This document shows positions 28,595-37,985 of a stretch of 64,000 nt of DNA, in pieces. The notes beneath the pieces are model-generated. The model saw only the letters and a list, made by a program, of their open reading frames with translations, was not told the origin of the DNA and made no database searches. Location of the stretch: IMG/VR virus record IMGVR_UViG_3300025154_000056, positions 40,341 to 104,340 of that record; one strand, written 5' to 3'. Made by a program: the position numbers and the translations under genes. The stretch is from a virus. Its lineage: Duplodnaviria; Caudoviricetes. How positions within the stretch are numbered: position 1 is the first letter of the stretch; the number at the start of each line of letters is the position of its first letter.

Positions 28595-29959
28595 ATGAAA
28601 TTCAGGCTACTCAAAAAGCGCAGACGTAACCCTGCGTACTTCATCAGGAAAACGCGAGAGGCAGACGCCCTCGTCGCAGAGAAGCTGGTGTTCACGGACC
28701 CCATGTACTTTGCGAAGATGAATCGTGGGTTGCCTATTGGTGACGAAGACGGTGTGATCAAGCTGTACCGCGAGGAGGAAGGTCTGTACGTAATTCCTCG
28801 CAATCTATACGCAGACACCAACTGGTATCAGCCCACAGGTATGTCTCACGAGAGCAAGATTACCTTACGCGACTACCAACAGAAGGCATCAGAGAGCCTC
28901 ATGGCTAACCGAGGAGATAAGATCCTGTGTTTGGCATGCGGTAAAGGCAAAACAGTCGTTGCTATTGATGCAGCTTGCCGTGGTGCTCGGCTACCTATGC
29001 TGGTGGTAGTGCACACCAAAGCTCTGTTGTCACAGTGGGTCGAGCGCATCAAGGAACATGCTGGTGTCTCTGAAGATGACATAGGTATGCTCCACAGAGA
29101 TAGAGCTGATTGGTATGGGAAGAAGTTCGTGGTGGCTATGTTGCACACGCTGGTTCAGCGTCAAGACACATACCCAACTGAGCTGTATGACTATTTCAAC
29201 TTGGTTGTATTTGACGAATGTCACAGATTAGCAGCCCACTGGTTTTCTGATGTGTGCTGGCAGTTTGGGTGCGAGCGTTGGGGACTCACCGCTACTCCAG
29301 AGAGAGATGATAAGCTTGAATTTGTGTTCAAGTATCATCTAGGACCTATCTGCCACACAGACACGGTTCAGGATCTGCGACCTACGATGTACTTCGTGCA
29401 CACAGGCATAGACGACAAGGACGAGCGCGTGGTCCTACGTAAGCAGAGAGATGGTAGAGTATCTCTTCCGCTACTGGTGACTTCTCTAGCTAACCACAGT
29501 GGTCGCAACGCAATCATCAACTCGTTTGTGCGTCGAGCCATCAACAAAGACAGAACTGCTTTAGTGTTGGGCGAACGGGTAGCAAGCCTCCAGTACTTGA
29601 TGGGCACCCTGCAGCACGAATCAAAGTCGTTGTTCTTGGGTGGTATGAAGGAGGCAGAAGCATCAGAAGCCCTGAAGGCGCAAGTGGTGTACGCGACGCA
29701 GCAGATGGCTAAGGAAGGGCTCGACAGGCCCGCATTCGACACGCTCATTATCGCGCACCCATTCACAGGCAAGGGTAGGCTGAAGCAGACTGGCGGGCGC
29801 ATCCTCAGGTCCAGAGAAGGCAAACAACACCCAGTCATTTTGGTACTGCAGGATGACCTAGGAGTCAGTAAGGCCATGTGCAGCATCATGCGTCGGCACG
29901 CAGAGTCGTTCAGGTGGAGAGTCAAGCACGTGGACTCGAACGGTAAGAGGGTTCGATGA
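28595..29959 (+). CDS. SF2 DEAD/DEAH-box helicase (UvsW/XPB-like)
   Basis: LRDYQ, LACGKGKT, VFDECH, GLTATPER, EGLDRP, QTGGRILR; start placed at ATG 28595 after GGAGG. Confidence 0.92.
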   Translation: MKFRLLKKRRRNPAYFIRKTREADALVAEKLVFTDPMYFAKMNRGLPIGDEDGVIKLYREEEGLYVIPRNLYADTNWYQPTGMSHESKITLRDYQQKASESLMANRGDKILCLACGKGKTVVAIDAACRGARLPMLVVVHTKALLSQWVERIKEHAGVSEDDIGMLHRDRADWYGKKFVVAMLHTLVQRQDTYPTELYDYFNLVVFDECHRLAAHWFSDVCWQFGCERWGLTATPERDDKLEFVFKYHLGPICHTDTVQDLRPTMYFVHTGIDDKDERVVLRKQRDGRVSLPLLVTSLANHSGRNAIINSFVRRAINKDRTALVLGERVASLQYLMGTLQHESKSLFLGGMKEAEASEALKAQVVYATQQMAKEGLDRPAFDTLIIAHPFTGKGRLKQTGGRILRSREGKQHPVILVLQDDLGVSKAMCSIMRRHAESFRWRVKHVDSNGKRVR

Positions 29960-30378
29960 TCAAGTTCAAGAAGAAGATTAGGGATGTTGAGGGTTACGAC
30001 CCTAAGAAGCGCACGAAGCCGGTCATGCATACCGTGGAGAGATCCGGTAGAGTGTTCCAGATCGGGAATGAAGACATTGAATTGTTCCCGATAGGTGTGC
30101 TGGCTGAGGCGTTGGATCGTAGTGCTCACACAATCAAGCTTCTGGAATTGAAGGGCGAGTTTCCTAAGCCCATGTTCCGTGTGGCTGGCTCTAGGACCAA
30201 GCGTTGGTATTCAGCAGCTCAGGTTATCAACCTGCATCGTTTGATGTACCTCAAGAATGGCGGCAGGAAGTACTTCCAAGATAGAGAGCTGTATGAACTC
30301 TGGACTAAAGAAGTGAAAGAGTTGTTCTACAAAAGAACTGTGGTGATTGACGAACAAGGCAACAGAACGGAGGGCTAA
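29956..30378 (+). CDS. MerR-like winged-HTH DNA-binding protein
   Basis: IGVLAEALDRSAHTIKLLELKGEFPKP...RWYS. Confidence 0.7.
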   Translation: MIKFKKKIRDVEGYDPKKRTKPVMHTVERSGRVFQIGNEDIELFPIGVLAEALDRSAHTIKLLELKGEFPKPMFRVAGSRTKRWYSAAQVINLHRLMYLKNGGRKYFQDRELYELWTKEVKELFYKRTVVIDEQGNRTEG

Positions 30379-30698
30379 TGCGGACACTGATATTCGCGTA
30401 CACACTCAGGATCGCTGACCAGCGTCTGAAGTACGATGTAGTCCCAGGAATTCCAGGTGTGGAAGACATGACCGTGATGGACCTTACGCTGTGGTTTCAA
30501 CGGGTTGTGCCACGCCTCAAGGAAAGTATTCCCAAGGCAGTTGTTGGGGTAGACTCTAACGACATGAATCTGGTGGAGACTCGATTCGTCGAGTCAGTCA
30601 GTCAGACAATTGATAAGTCCTTCTCTCCGGCTCGTGTAGTGGTTATGCGAGCAGAGGCTGTGGCGAACATGATCAACAACGGAGTTACTGACCCATGA
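30378..30698 (+). CDS. hypothetical protein
   Basis: TAATG coupling; SD GGAGG. Confidence 0.65.
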   Translation: MRTLIFAYTLRIADQRLKYDVVPGIPGVEDMTVMDLTLWFQRVVPRLKESIPKAVVGVDSNDMNLVETRFVESVSQTIDKSFSPARVVVMRAEAVANMINNGVTDP

Positions 30699-31138
30699 CA
30701 CACTCATTCAAGTCCAGCATTATGCAGCAGCTCGGTCGTGCCCGACCCATTCTCCGAAATGACCCAGTGACAATGGGAGACCTCGACGACCTGTCCCTTG
30801 TGATTGAGGAAGTCTACACCAAGAACTTTACTGTGGTGGAGAACACGTTGAACAAGTTCCACGAGGGAATCCTGCGGATGGAGCGTACCACCAATGGTAT
30901 GTGGAATACGATGAATGTCATTGTGTCCCTCATGCTGGATAACGATCAAATCAAAGAGAATGAAATCGTCAACAAGGGTAAGCAGCTGTATGTGGAGGCG
31001 AGGGAGAACTTCGACAAGTTGCGAGAGGCGACACGGAAGGGGGTCAAGCCTCCGCCCCTCAAGCGTACCGCTCTTGAGGCCATCATCGCTACCATCTCCG
31101 AAGTGAACAAGGGAGAGTCCGAAGGGAAGCCATCATGA
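30695..31138 (+). CDS. hypothetical protein
   Basis: ATGA coupling at both ends. Confidence 0.65.
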   Translation: MTHSFKSSIMQQLGRARPILRNDPVTMGDLDDLSLVIEEVYTKNFTVVENTLNKFHEGILRMERTTNGMWNTMNVIVSLMLDNDQIKENEIVNKGKQLYVEARENFDKLREATRKGVKPPPLKRTALEAIIATISEVNKGESEGKPS

Positions 31139-31500
31139 GATTGAAGACCAAGACACCGAAGCGCTCTACCATCGAAGCAGAGAGTACGATCACCGACCGT
31201 CGTTCAAAGGAGGTGGTGCACACGAAGGCCACCAAGAAGCTCGGTAAGCCCATCAAGCCCGTCGAGGGTAAGGTGGTGGGCTACGTGAGGTTCGGGGACA
31301 ACCTCAAGATTACGAAGAAGTACCAGAGCACGGGCACAGAGATCACAGCAGAGGTCCCATTCATGATGACACCAGGGGACCTGAGCGAACTTCCTAGTCA
31401 GATTGAGGAAGTGATGGAAGTCATTGACGACGTACTGGCTGAGCACCTCAAGGACCTGAAGGAGGCGCTATCCCAGCTGGCGAAAGAGGATGGGAGATGA
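31135..31500 (+). CDS. hypothetical protein
   Basis: ATGA coupling; basic N-terminus. Confidence 0.7.
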   Translation: MRLKTKTPKRSTIEAESTITDRRSKEVVHTKATKKLGKPIKPVEGKVVGYVRFGDNLKITKKYQSTGTEITAEVPFMMTPGDLSELPSQIEEVMEVIDDVLAEHLKDLKEALSQLAKEDGR

Positions 31501-31973
31501 TGATATTTCGTCTTCGAATTCACAAGCCTCAAAAAGCATTGCTTATGTCGCAGCGCTTTTTCGGTACTCCGGTTCCTACCAAGAAGATCATGTACGCTAC
31601 CCAAGCATACGAAGACTACAAGACAGGTAGCGAGCCCGTAGGGGCCGTACCTCTGTTGGGTATGTACCTGGCCCTGTACGCCCGTAGGTTTGGCTTCCAG
31701 TGGGTAGGCACGTTGAAGCTTATTGAAGAAGAGCTAAAGGTGTTCATGCAGTTGGTGAGGCAGTTCGAGGCTAGAGCCTTTGACATCGTTCGAATTCTGA
31801 TGCTGCATAAAGACCTAGCGTGGGTGACTACATCTCACACTAGGTTCCTATCCAATACAGACAACGTGATCAAGTACATCGTACCTCTGGTCAAGACTAG
31901 GCGACGCGGAGAGCAGAGCGAGTTCACTGCTGAGCGAGCTGCTGCCCGAAGTTCAAAGAGAGTCACACTATGA
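31497..31973 (+). CDS. hypothetical protein (possible replisome organiser)
   Basis: Directly upstream of the DnaC-like gene; coupled. Confidence 0.6.
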   Translation: MMIFRLRIHKPQKALLMSQRFFGTPVPTKKIMYATQAYEDYKTGSEPVGAVPLLGMYLALYARRFGFQWVGTLKLIEEELKVFMQLVRQFEARAFDIVRILMLHKDLAWVTTSHTRFLSNTDNVIKYIVPLVKTRRRGEQSEFTAERAAARSSKRVTL

Positions 31974-32563
31974 GGATGCGTGTCCCCCAGAGGGTAGGCA
32001 CAGCCCGCATCAAGCAATTGGATGATGACCAATTCGACATGGTGCTCGACTACGCGAAGAACCTCCATGCACGACGCGGCAAGGGCACCGGGTTGCTGTT
32101 GTCCGGCCCCCCAGGTATTGGCAAGAGTTGGGCTCTGGCTGCCCTCACCCGGTATGCTGTAGTGCGGAGCGAGAAGGAAGGCTACAGGCTCGACTACGAG
32201 TACATCAGCGCACCGGAGGTCTTCGAGAACTTCGGCGTCGTTGGTGGGGGCGCCGAGCAGGACGAGTGGCGTGGTCAGTCCTGGCGTAGGACGTTCGACA
32301 CCGTACCCTGGTTGGTGATCGATGACCTCGGCAAGGAGTACCGGGGAGGGAAGCTTGCTGAGCAGGTACCGTACCTGCTGGGTAGGATTGTGCGAAAACG
32401 AACTATGAATATGCTGGTTACCCACATAAGTACAAACCTACCTATTGCCACCGAGACCGATGACAGTGTGAGTAGCATCTACGGAGAATCAATCATCTCT
32501 CTTTTGAAGGACGCCACTGAGATGTTCGAGATTCAGGGGGACGACCGGAGGGGAGATGGTTGA
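31970..32563 (+). CDS. dnaC: DnaC/IstB-like AAA+ helicase loader
   Basis: GLLLSGPPGIGKS Walker A, LVIDDLGKE Walker B, ISTNL. Confidence 0.88.
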   Translation: MRMRVPQRVGTARIKQLDDDQFDMVLDYAKNLHARRGKGTGLLLSGPPGIGKSWALAALTRYAVVRSEKEGYRLDYEYISAPEVFENFGVVGGGAEQDEWRGQSWRRTFDTVPWLVIDDLGKEYRGGKLAEQVPYLLGRIVRKRTMNMLVTHISTNLPIATETDDSVSSIYGESIISLLKDATEMFEIQGDDRRGDG

Positions 32564-33848
32564 TTATCATGAAGAATGGGCGGTACTCAATAAGGTACTG
32601 CTAACCAAGGACCTGAAGTCTGTCGTCAATGCTGGCGTAGACGAAGCTTTCTTCGAGGGAATAGATACTAAAGAAGTCTTTGAATTCATAACAGACAGCT
32701 ACGCTAGGTTCCAGGCTGTGCCATCTAGGGTCACAGTCAAACAAGAGTTCCCGGCGTTTGTGTCAGTACCTACCAAGGAGGACACACTACCCATCCTGAT
32801 AGATAGGCTGCGGGAGAAGGCTATCTACCGTGGCATGCGTGAGGTCCAGAAGAAGGCGGCGAACCGAGCGAAGGTCAAGCCCTCTGCTGGGCTGACTGTC
32901 ATGCAGAGTGGGGTAATCAACCTCAGCAATAGATTCACTAGAGCCACAGCCAGGGATGCGCGCAAAGAGACTGGTAACATTCTAGCGAAGTACGAACGCA
33001 TCAAGGAGTCTGGAGGCATCATTGGAATCCCAACCCCCTGGGACGAGCTGACCAGAGTCACCAAAGGTGCACAGCCTGGCGTAGTGAAGTGCTACTACGG
33101 CCACACCGGCACAATGAAGACGTTTCTTTTGCTGCATGAAGCTAACCACTGCCACAAAGAGTGGGGCCAGATTCCTCTATTCCTCACCAAGGAGATGTCT
33201 GTCGAGCAGATCCTGTGGCGCTACGCTGGTATGCTCGCTAAGGTTGATTACGAGAAGCTCAATTCAGGCGCCCTTAGCGAAGAGGATGAGAAGAAGTTCA
33301 AGGAGCACCTCGAACAGCTGGTCGACGATCCACCATTCTGGATTGACACTATCGTTCAGACAGGGCCTGGTGCTTTGCTTGAGCTGCAAGCGAAGATTGA
33401 CCAGTACGGACCAGACCGCGTGTTTCTGGATGGTATGTACTTCCTCGCTGACAACCCATCCGACTGGGGACAGATGGCTGTCATCAACAACGGAATCAAG
33501 CAGTGTTCATTACGTAACAACATTGCGTTCGATGTCAGTACGCAGCGTAACTACGACAACACCAAAAAGCAATCCACTGATTCGTCAGACGCAGGAGACG
33601 TCGGCTACGGTAAGTCTCTAGCGCAGGCAGTGGACTACCTGATTCGTGTGGTTCGGGAGAAGCAACACATTGAAAACAAGGAGCTGCTATTAGTACTTCC
33701 GAAGGCACGTGAATCCCTCGCGTCAACACTAGTGCTACACGCGAAGCCTTGTGCTGACTTCTCACAAAAAGCTGTCATCTCTATTGGTGGTGAAGACTAC
33801 GGTGACTCCACTGAGGGGGATGGCGACGAAGACGAAGAGATACTGTAG
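32556..33848 (+). CDS. dnaB: replicative DNA helicase, DnaB-like
   Basis: GIPTPW..L..TKG.QPG, variant Walker A GHTGTMKT, EMS..Q, VFLDGMY, LAQAVD, KARE. Confidence 0.88.
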   Translation: MVDYHEEWAVLNKVLLTKDLKSVVNAGVDEAFFEGIDTKEVFEFITDSYARFQAVPSRVTVKQEFPAFVSVPTKEDTLPILIDRLREKAIYRGMREVQKKAANRAKVKPSAGLTVMQSGVINLSNRFTRATARDARKETGNILAKYERIKESGGIIGIPTPWDELTRVTKGAQPGVVKCYYGHTGTMKTFLLLHEANHCHKEWGQIPLFLTKEMSVEQILWRYAGMLAKVDYEKLNSGALSEEDEKKFKEHLEQLVDDPPFWIDTIVQTGPGALLELQAKIDQYGPDRVFLDGMYFLADNPSDWGQMAVINNGIKQCSLRNNIAFDVSTQRNYDNTKKQSTDSSDAGDVGYGKSLAQAVDYLIRVVREKQHIENKELLLVLPKARESLASTLVLHAKPCADFSQKAVISIGGEDYGDSTEGDGDEDEEIL

Positions 33849-33856
33849 GACCAACC

Positions 33857-34081
33857 ATGGCGAGAACAAAGAGCGGTAGGTTGTGGATCAAGGCTGGTAG
33901 GCCCAAGCTGGACCCACTACTAGACCCAGCACATGCATTATCAGCTGACGAATTCAAGGCTATGTGGGTAAGGATGACCCAAGAGCAACAAAACAGAGTG
34001 CAGGACAGAGCCAGTCATGAATGCATGAGTCTGTGGGCAGTGCTCAATAACTGGGCTGACTTGCGCATCCCGGTGAGCTGA
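33857..34081 (+). CDS. hypothetical protein
   Basis: SD AGGA; TGATG coupling to primase. Confidence 0.6.
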   Translation: MARTKSGRLWIKAGRPKLDPLLDPAHALSADEFKAMWVRMTQEQQNRVQDRASHECMSLWAVLNNWADLRIPVS

Positions 34082-35091
34082 TGTCAGTTCGTCAGATTCA
34101 ACGCATCATGGAGGAGGGTGGCTGTGAGAAGATTCGCCACAGCGGCGACGGCAGCAACCTAGTTAGCACGTGTCCGTTCCATGAAGGATCGGTAGGCCAC
34201 AGCGGTAGGAAGCACAACCCATCATTCGCTATGCATATAGAGACTGGTGTATACGTGTGCTACTCAGGCAACTGTGGCGCGACTGGTACCCTCATCGACT
34301 TCATGATGGACACCATTGGGTACGACTTCCAACGCGCTGCGAAGCTGGCGAATAGTATCGTTACTACGGTGGGGGAAGATGAGGAGGATGAGGACCTGTT
34401 CCCCGATTGGGAGAACAGGCACGACAAGAAGTCCAATAGAAGAGTTCTAAAGGACTCCATACTAGGTCTGTACTCGTTCGTTCCTAAGTACATGCTTCGA
34501 CGTGGGTTCTCTCGGACTACCCTCAAGCGTTGGGAGATTGGTTACGACATCCACAGAAAGCAGGTAACGATACCTGTCAGAGACATAGATAATAAACTTA
34601 TAGGTATTAGCAGGAGGCAACGAGATGGTGTGTTGCCCAAGTACCTGCACCTTGGGTTCCCTAAGAGTCAGACGATCTATGGGGCGTTCAAAAAAGGAGA
34701 AGTCAAGACGGCGTGGGTAGGTGAAGGACAGCTCGACGCAGTAGGTCTAGACGTCATGCTGCGGTCCGTACGTGCTCTCCGTGGTGACTTGGGGGTTCCG
34801 GTATCCCCTATGGGATCTAAGGTCAGCAAGAGGCAGGTAGAGCTGCTTGCGGAGAACTTCGATAGGGTCATGCTGGCCCTTGATGACGACGCGGCGGGTA
34901 AGGCGGCTAGAGACTACATCGGCAACAACCTGACTGACAGATGGATGGACCCAAAACGAATAATGACAGTATCTAATTGGAGGGGGTGGCATGACCCAGC
35001 GCAGATAGTAGAAGAAGGTAGCTATAAAGACTACCTTCTATTGATTGATTCCATGCGACCTTGGGTTGACGTGACGTACGGAGAGCGGTAA
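34081..35091 (+). CDS. dnaG: DNA primase (CHC2 zinc finger plus Toprim)
   Basis: CPFH...PSF...CYSGNC; GEGQLDA; LALDDDAAG. Confidence 0.9.
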   Translation: MSVRQIQRIMEEGGCEKIRHSGDGSNLVSTCPFHEGSVGHSGRKHNPSFAMHIETGVYVCYSGNCGATGTLIDFMMDTIGYDFQRAAKLANSIVTTVGEDEEDEDLFPDWENRHDKKSNRRVLKDSILGLYSFVPKYMLRRGFSRTTLKRWEIGYDIHRKQVTIPVRDIDNKLIGISRRQRDGVLPKYLHLGFPKSQTIYGAFKKGEVKTAWVGEGQLDAVGLDVMLRSVRALRGDLGVPVSPMGSKVSKRQVELLAENFDRVMLALDDDAAGKAARDYIGNNLTDRWMDPKRIMTVSNWRGWHDPAQIVEEGSYKDYLLLIDSMRPWVDVTYGER

Positions 35092-35144
35092 ACTCCCCGC
35101 AACCCTAAGAGTCTGCGAATTCAGACTCAACGAACGAAAGGTAA

Positions 35145-36272
35145 TTGAAAATGCGACGCGGACTGGCTGCTGTAAAGCAGGTCAAAGAAGAGATGGATCA
35201 GAATGCTGGGGCGAATAGCTACGTCCCTCATTTCACTCTGGAGGACGGTGAGTCAGCCATCGTTGGACTCACAGGAGACAGGGACCAAGAACCTGTAATC
35301 CTCGAAGAGCACAGTATCAAGCAAGGGAACAACTTCACCACCATCATCTGTAGTGCGGACCGACCCAAGTTCAAGGGGAAGTGCGTTTCTTGCCACACGA
35401 ATGCGAGTGGCAATAGGCAGGTGAACCGGACCAACAATAGAGCCGCGTTCAATGTGTACGATTTCCGACTCGTGCATCCTGTGAAGAACAAGGAGAAGTC
35501 GAAGAAGTACGGGCGTGACATTTTTGACAAGGTTCTTTGCACAGGAGAGGTGAAGTGCAAGCGCTGTCGGAACGGGAAGGAACCAGAGTACTGGGGTGAG
35601 AAGCAGTGGAAGCTGTCTATGACCTGGGCGGCTATCTTGGCTGCTCTCAATGACGATGAGCGTGCTAGGTGCAAGTGTGGCGGCAAGATCACCGTTACTG
35701 GGTACCTGGACCCAGAAAACGACAAGGTCTACAAGCATGTCGATGAGGATATGGACACGGACGGGTTTGAGGAGATCCTCGAATGCTCCAAGTGCGAGGA
35801 GCCTGACCCGTACACCATCTTTGACTTTCCAATCAAGGTGAGGCGTAGCGGTAAAAACAAGTCCACTGCGTATGCAATCAGTATTGTCAAGGACGACCCT
35901 GAGATACAAGAGATCTTCGACGCCCTAAAGGAAGATGGTGAATTGAAGCCCGCTGACTTGGAGAAGATCAACTCTCCCCTGTCTCTGCAAAAACAAGCTG
36001 AGCTTATCGGCGTGGTCAACCCCTACAGCAGCAAGTCCGACCGCTCGGAAGACTATGACGATGACGAGGAGGAGGATGATTACGAAGAGACCGAGGATGA
36101 AGACGACGACATGATGGAGGACGAAGATGAAGATGAAGATGATGAGGATGATGACGATGACGATGACGAAGATGATCCTCCTCGCCGCCCTGCTACTCGT
36201 CGAGGTACGAAGAAGAAGGCTGCTAAGAAGCCCACCAAAGGTGCGAAGCGTAGCCTCAGACTGAAGAAGTGA
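35145..36272 (+). CDS. single-stranded DNA-binding protein (gp32-like) with Zn motifs and acidic tail
   Basis: FTLEDGES, AFNVYD, IKVRRSGKNKSTAY; long D/E tract followed by basic end. Confidence 0.75.
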   Translation: MKMRRGLAAVKQVKEEMDQNAGANSYVPHFTLEDGESAIVGLTGDRDQEPVILEEHSIKQGNNFTTIICSADRPKFKGKCVSCHTNASGNRQVNRTNNRAAFNVYDFRLVHPVKNKEKSKKYGRDIFDKVLCTGEVKCKRCRNGKEPEYWGEKQWKLSMTWAAILAALNDDERARCKCGGKITVTGYLDPENDKVYKHVDEDMDTDGFEEILECSKCEEPDPYTIFDFPIKVRRSGKNKSTAYAISIVKDDPEIQEIFDALKEDGELKPADLEKINSPLSLQKQAELIGVVNPYSSKSDRSEDYDDDEEEDDYEETEDEDDDMMEDEDEDEDDEDDDDDDDEDDPPRRPATRRGTKKKAAKKPTKGAKRSLRLKK

Positions 36273-36631
36273 TGGAACGTCTCCGACCATTTTTCGATGA
36301 CCTGTGGCGCTGGTCTGTTGGCGCTGAGCGACGTCTCAATAGTAGAGTATGGGTGGATCCTGACAAGCAGTGGAGCCACGCCTTTGAGGGTGCTATGCGC
36401 CGTCGCATCCTTGTCGGGGCTTACCGTTACGGTCCGTTGGGGGCGACTGGCAAGCCCAGGTACGACCGAATGGGCAGCATCATTAGCAGAGCTGCTGAGT
36501 ACCAGCGAACAGGCAATCTAGAGCTGCTAGTCGACATCGCGAATCTTTGCCTGCTGGAGTTCGTGGAGGGAAAGCACCCTAAGAGGCACTTCCACGCCCA
36601 GGACGACAGTAAACACGTGGAGGTATTGTAA
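36269..36631 (+). CDS. hypothetical protein, possibly all-alpha NTP pyrophosphatase-like
   Basis: GAYRYG...EYQRTGNLELLVDIANLCLLEF. Confidence 0.55.
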   Translation: MMERLRPFFDDLWRWSVGAERRLNSRVWVDPDKQWSHAFEGAMRRRILVGAYRYGPLGATGKPRYDRMGSIISRAAEYQRTGNLELLVDIANLCLLEFVEGKHPKRHFHAQDDSKHVEVL

Positions 36632-36879
36632 TGAGCGAAGAGAGGGTGATCAGTCTGAGCGCTGCTATGGGTAAGGTACACAAGGAAGTCTGTGAGTGTG
36701 CGCAAGACAATAGCCTCATATACGATTACGGTAGAATCAGACTGTGCTTGATTTGTGGGCAGGCATACTCTGAGATGAAATACCAGGCTGCAAAAAACAG
36801 AATCCCGTCATGCAGTGCAGAGTACTTGGGCGAGAAGTACAAGCTGGCTGACGGGTCCTTCGTTCTGGTTACGAAATGA
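36631..36879 (+). CDS. hypothetical protein
   Basis: TAATG coupling; CxC and CxxC. Confidence 0.6.
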   Translation: MSEERVISLSAAMGKVHKEVCECAQDNSLIYDYGRIRLCLICGQAYSEMKYQAAKNRIPSCSAEYLGEKYKLADGSFVLVTK

Positions 36880-36911
36880 GGCGGTTCAATCTACTGTACG
36901 TGGAGGGGTGA
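36876..36911 (+). pseudogene. orphaned original 5' end of the MT-A70 methyltransferase gene (MRRFNLLYVEG*)
   Basis: Matches MRQFNLLYVD at 37392; ATGA-coupled to the upstream gene. Confidence 0.75.
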
Positions 36912-36912
36912 A

Positions 36913-37395
36913 ATGGGTCGTCCGTTCGGCACACGTAGGAGACTGGCTGACCGTTTCTGGGAAAAGGTAGACGTCCGAGGACCGGACGACTGCTGGGAGT
37001 GGACAGCTAGTCTAAACCCCAAGGGGTACGGACAAATCTCCGTAGGAAGGAAGCCCATATCGGCGCATATACTATCTTACGAAATGAACGTGGACCCAGT
37101 ACCCGAAAACATGCTTGTCTGTCACACGTGTGACAACAGAAAGTGTGTCAATCCCAAGCACCTGTATGTTGGGACACCGAAGAGCAACTCCCAGGATATG
37201 GTGGATAGGGGCCGTAGCGGCCGTAGCACTATAGGTGAAAAGAATCCAGCGGCTAAATTGACTGAACTTGATGTACTAAAAATTCGTAGCTTAGTGGCAG
37301 GTGGGTTGTCTAGGCTTGAAGTAGCTACTGTATTTGGTGTGCAAATAGGCGCAGTAGGTAAGATAGTCAGGCGAGAGAGGTGGAAGCACGTATGA
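36913..37395 (+). mobile_element. free-standing HNH homing endonuclease gene
   Basis: RFWEKV..DCWEW, GYG, AH..SYE, VCHTCDNRKCVNPKHL, N..DM..RGR, AKLTE..V..IR HTH. Confidence 0.92.
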
Positions 37396-37985
37396 GACAA
37401 TTTAATTTATTGTATGTGGATCCACCATGGCAGTACCAAAGTAAGCGCACTGGCGGGTCCATGTCTAGCGGCTCTGACCAGCAGTACGAAACAATATCCA
37501 CAAAGGAATTGTTGACTACGTCCATAGAGCCCCTCTGCATGGACGATGCATACCTGTGTCTGTGGGCTACAGTGCCCATGATGGAGGAAGCTTTCGCCTT
37601 GATGCGTCAATGGGACTTTACTTATAAGACGAAGCTTAGCTGGCGGAAAAAGCAAGCTAGACTAGGTATGGGTTACTACTTTCGAGGAGAGGTGGAAGAC
37701 CTACTGCTAGGAGTGCGCGGCAAGGTGAAGGCCCCCAGGGTCCAGGAACGAAACTGGATAGACCCACCCCCGACCAAGCATTCTCGGAAGCCAGAAGAGA
37801 TGCGTCTGTTGGTGGAGAAGGCAGCCATCAACTCTTTCGGCAAGAGCAAGGTACGTGCGCTGGAGATGTTCGCCACACACAAAGAGGGTAAAGGAGTATT
37901 GGATTGGTCTTATTGGGGTAACACAATAGAGTCAGACATAGTGTTCGATATATTGAAGCGTAAGCGCTTCCTACTGAGGGCGTAA
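37392..37985 (+). CDS. MT-A70 family N6-adenine methyltransferase
   Basis: LYVDPPW, LCLWAT, WDFTYKT, GMGYYFR..E.LL.G, HSRKP, LEMFA, WGN. Confidence 0.92.
   Translation: MRQFNLLYVDPPWQYQSKRTGGSMSSGSDQQYETISTKELLTTSIEPLCMDDAYLCLWATVPMMEEAFALMRQWDFTYKTKLSWRKKQARLGMGYYFRGEVEDLLLGVRGKVKAPRVQERNWIDPPPTKHSRKPEEMRLLVEKAAINSFGKSKVRALEMFATHKEGKGVLDWSYWGNTIESDIVFDILKRKRFLLRA

Noticed and set aside
36876-37395. Group I intron around the HNH gene
   Set aside because: No noncoding flanks able to form a ribozyme core, and the downstream gene has its own complete start
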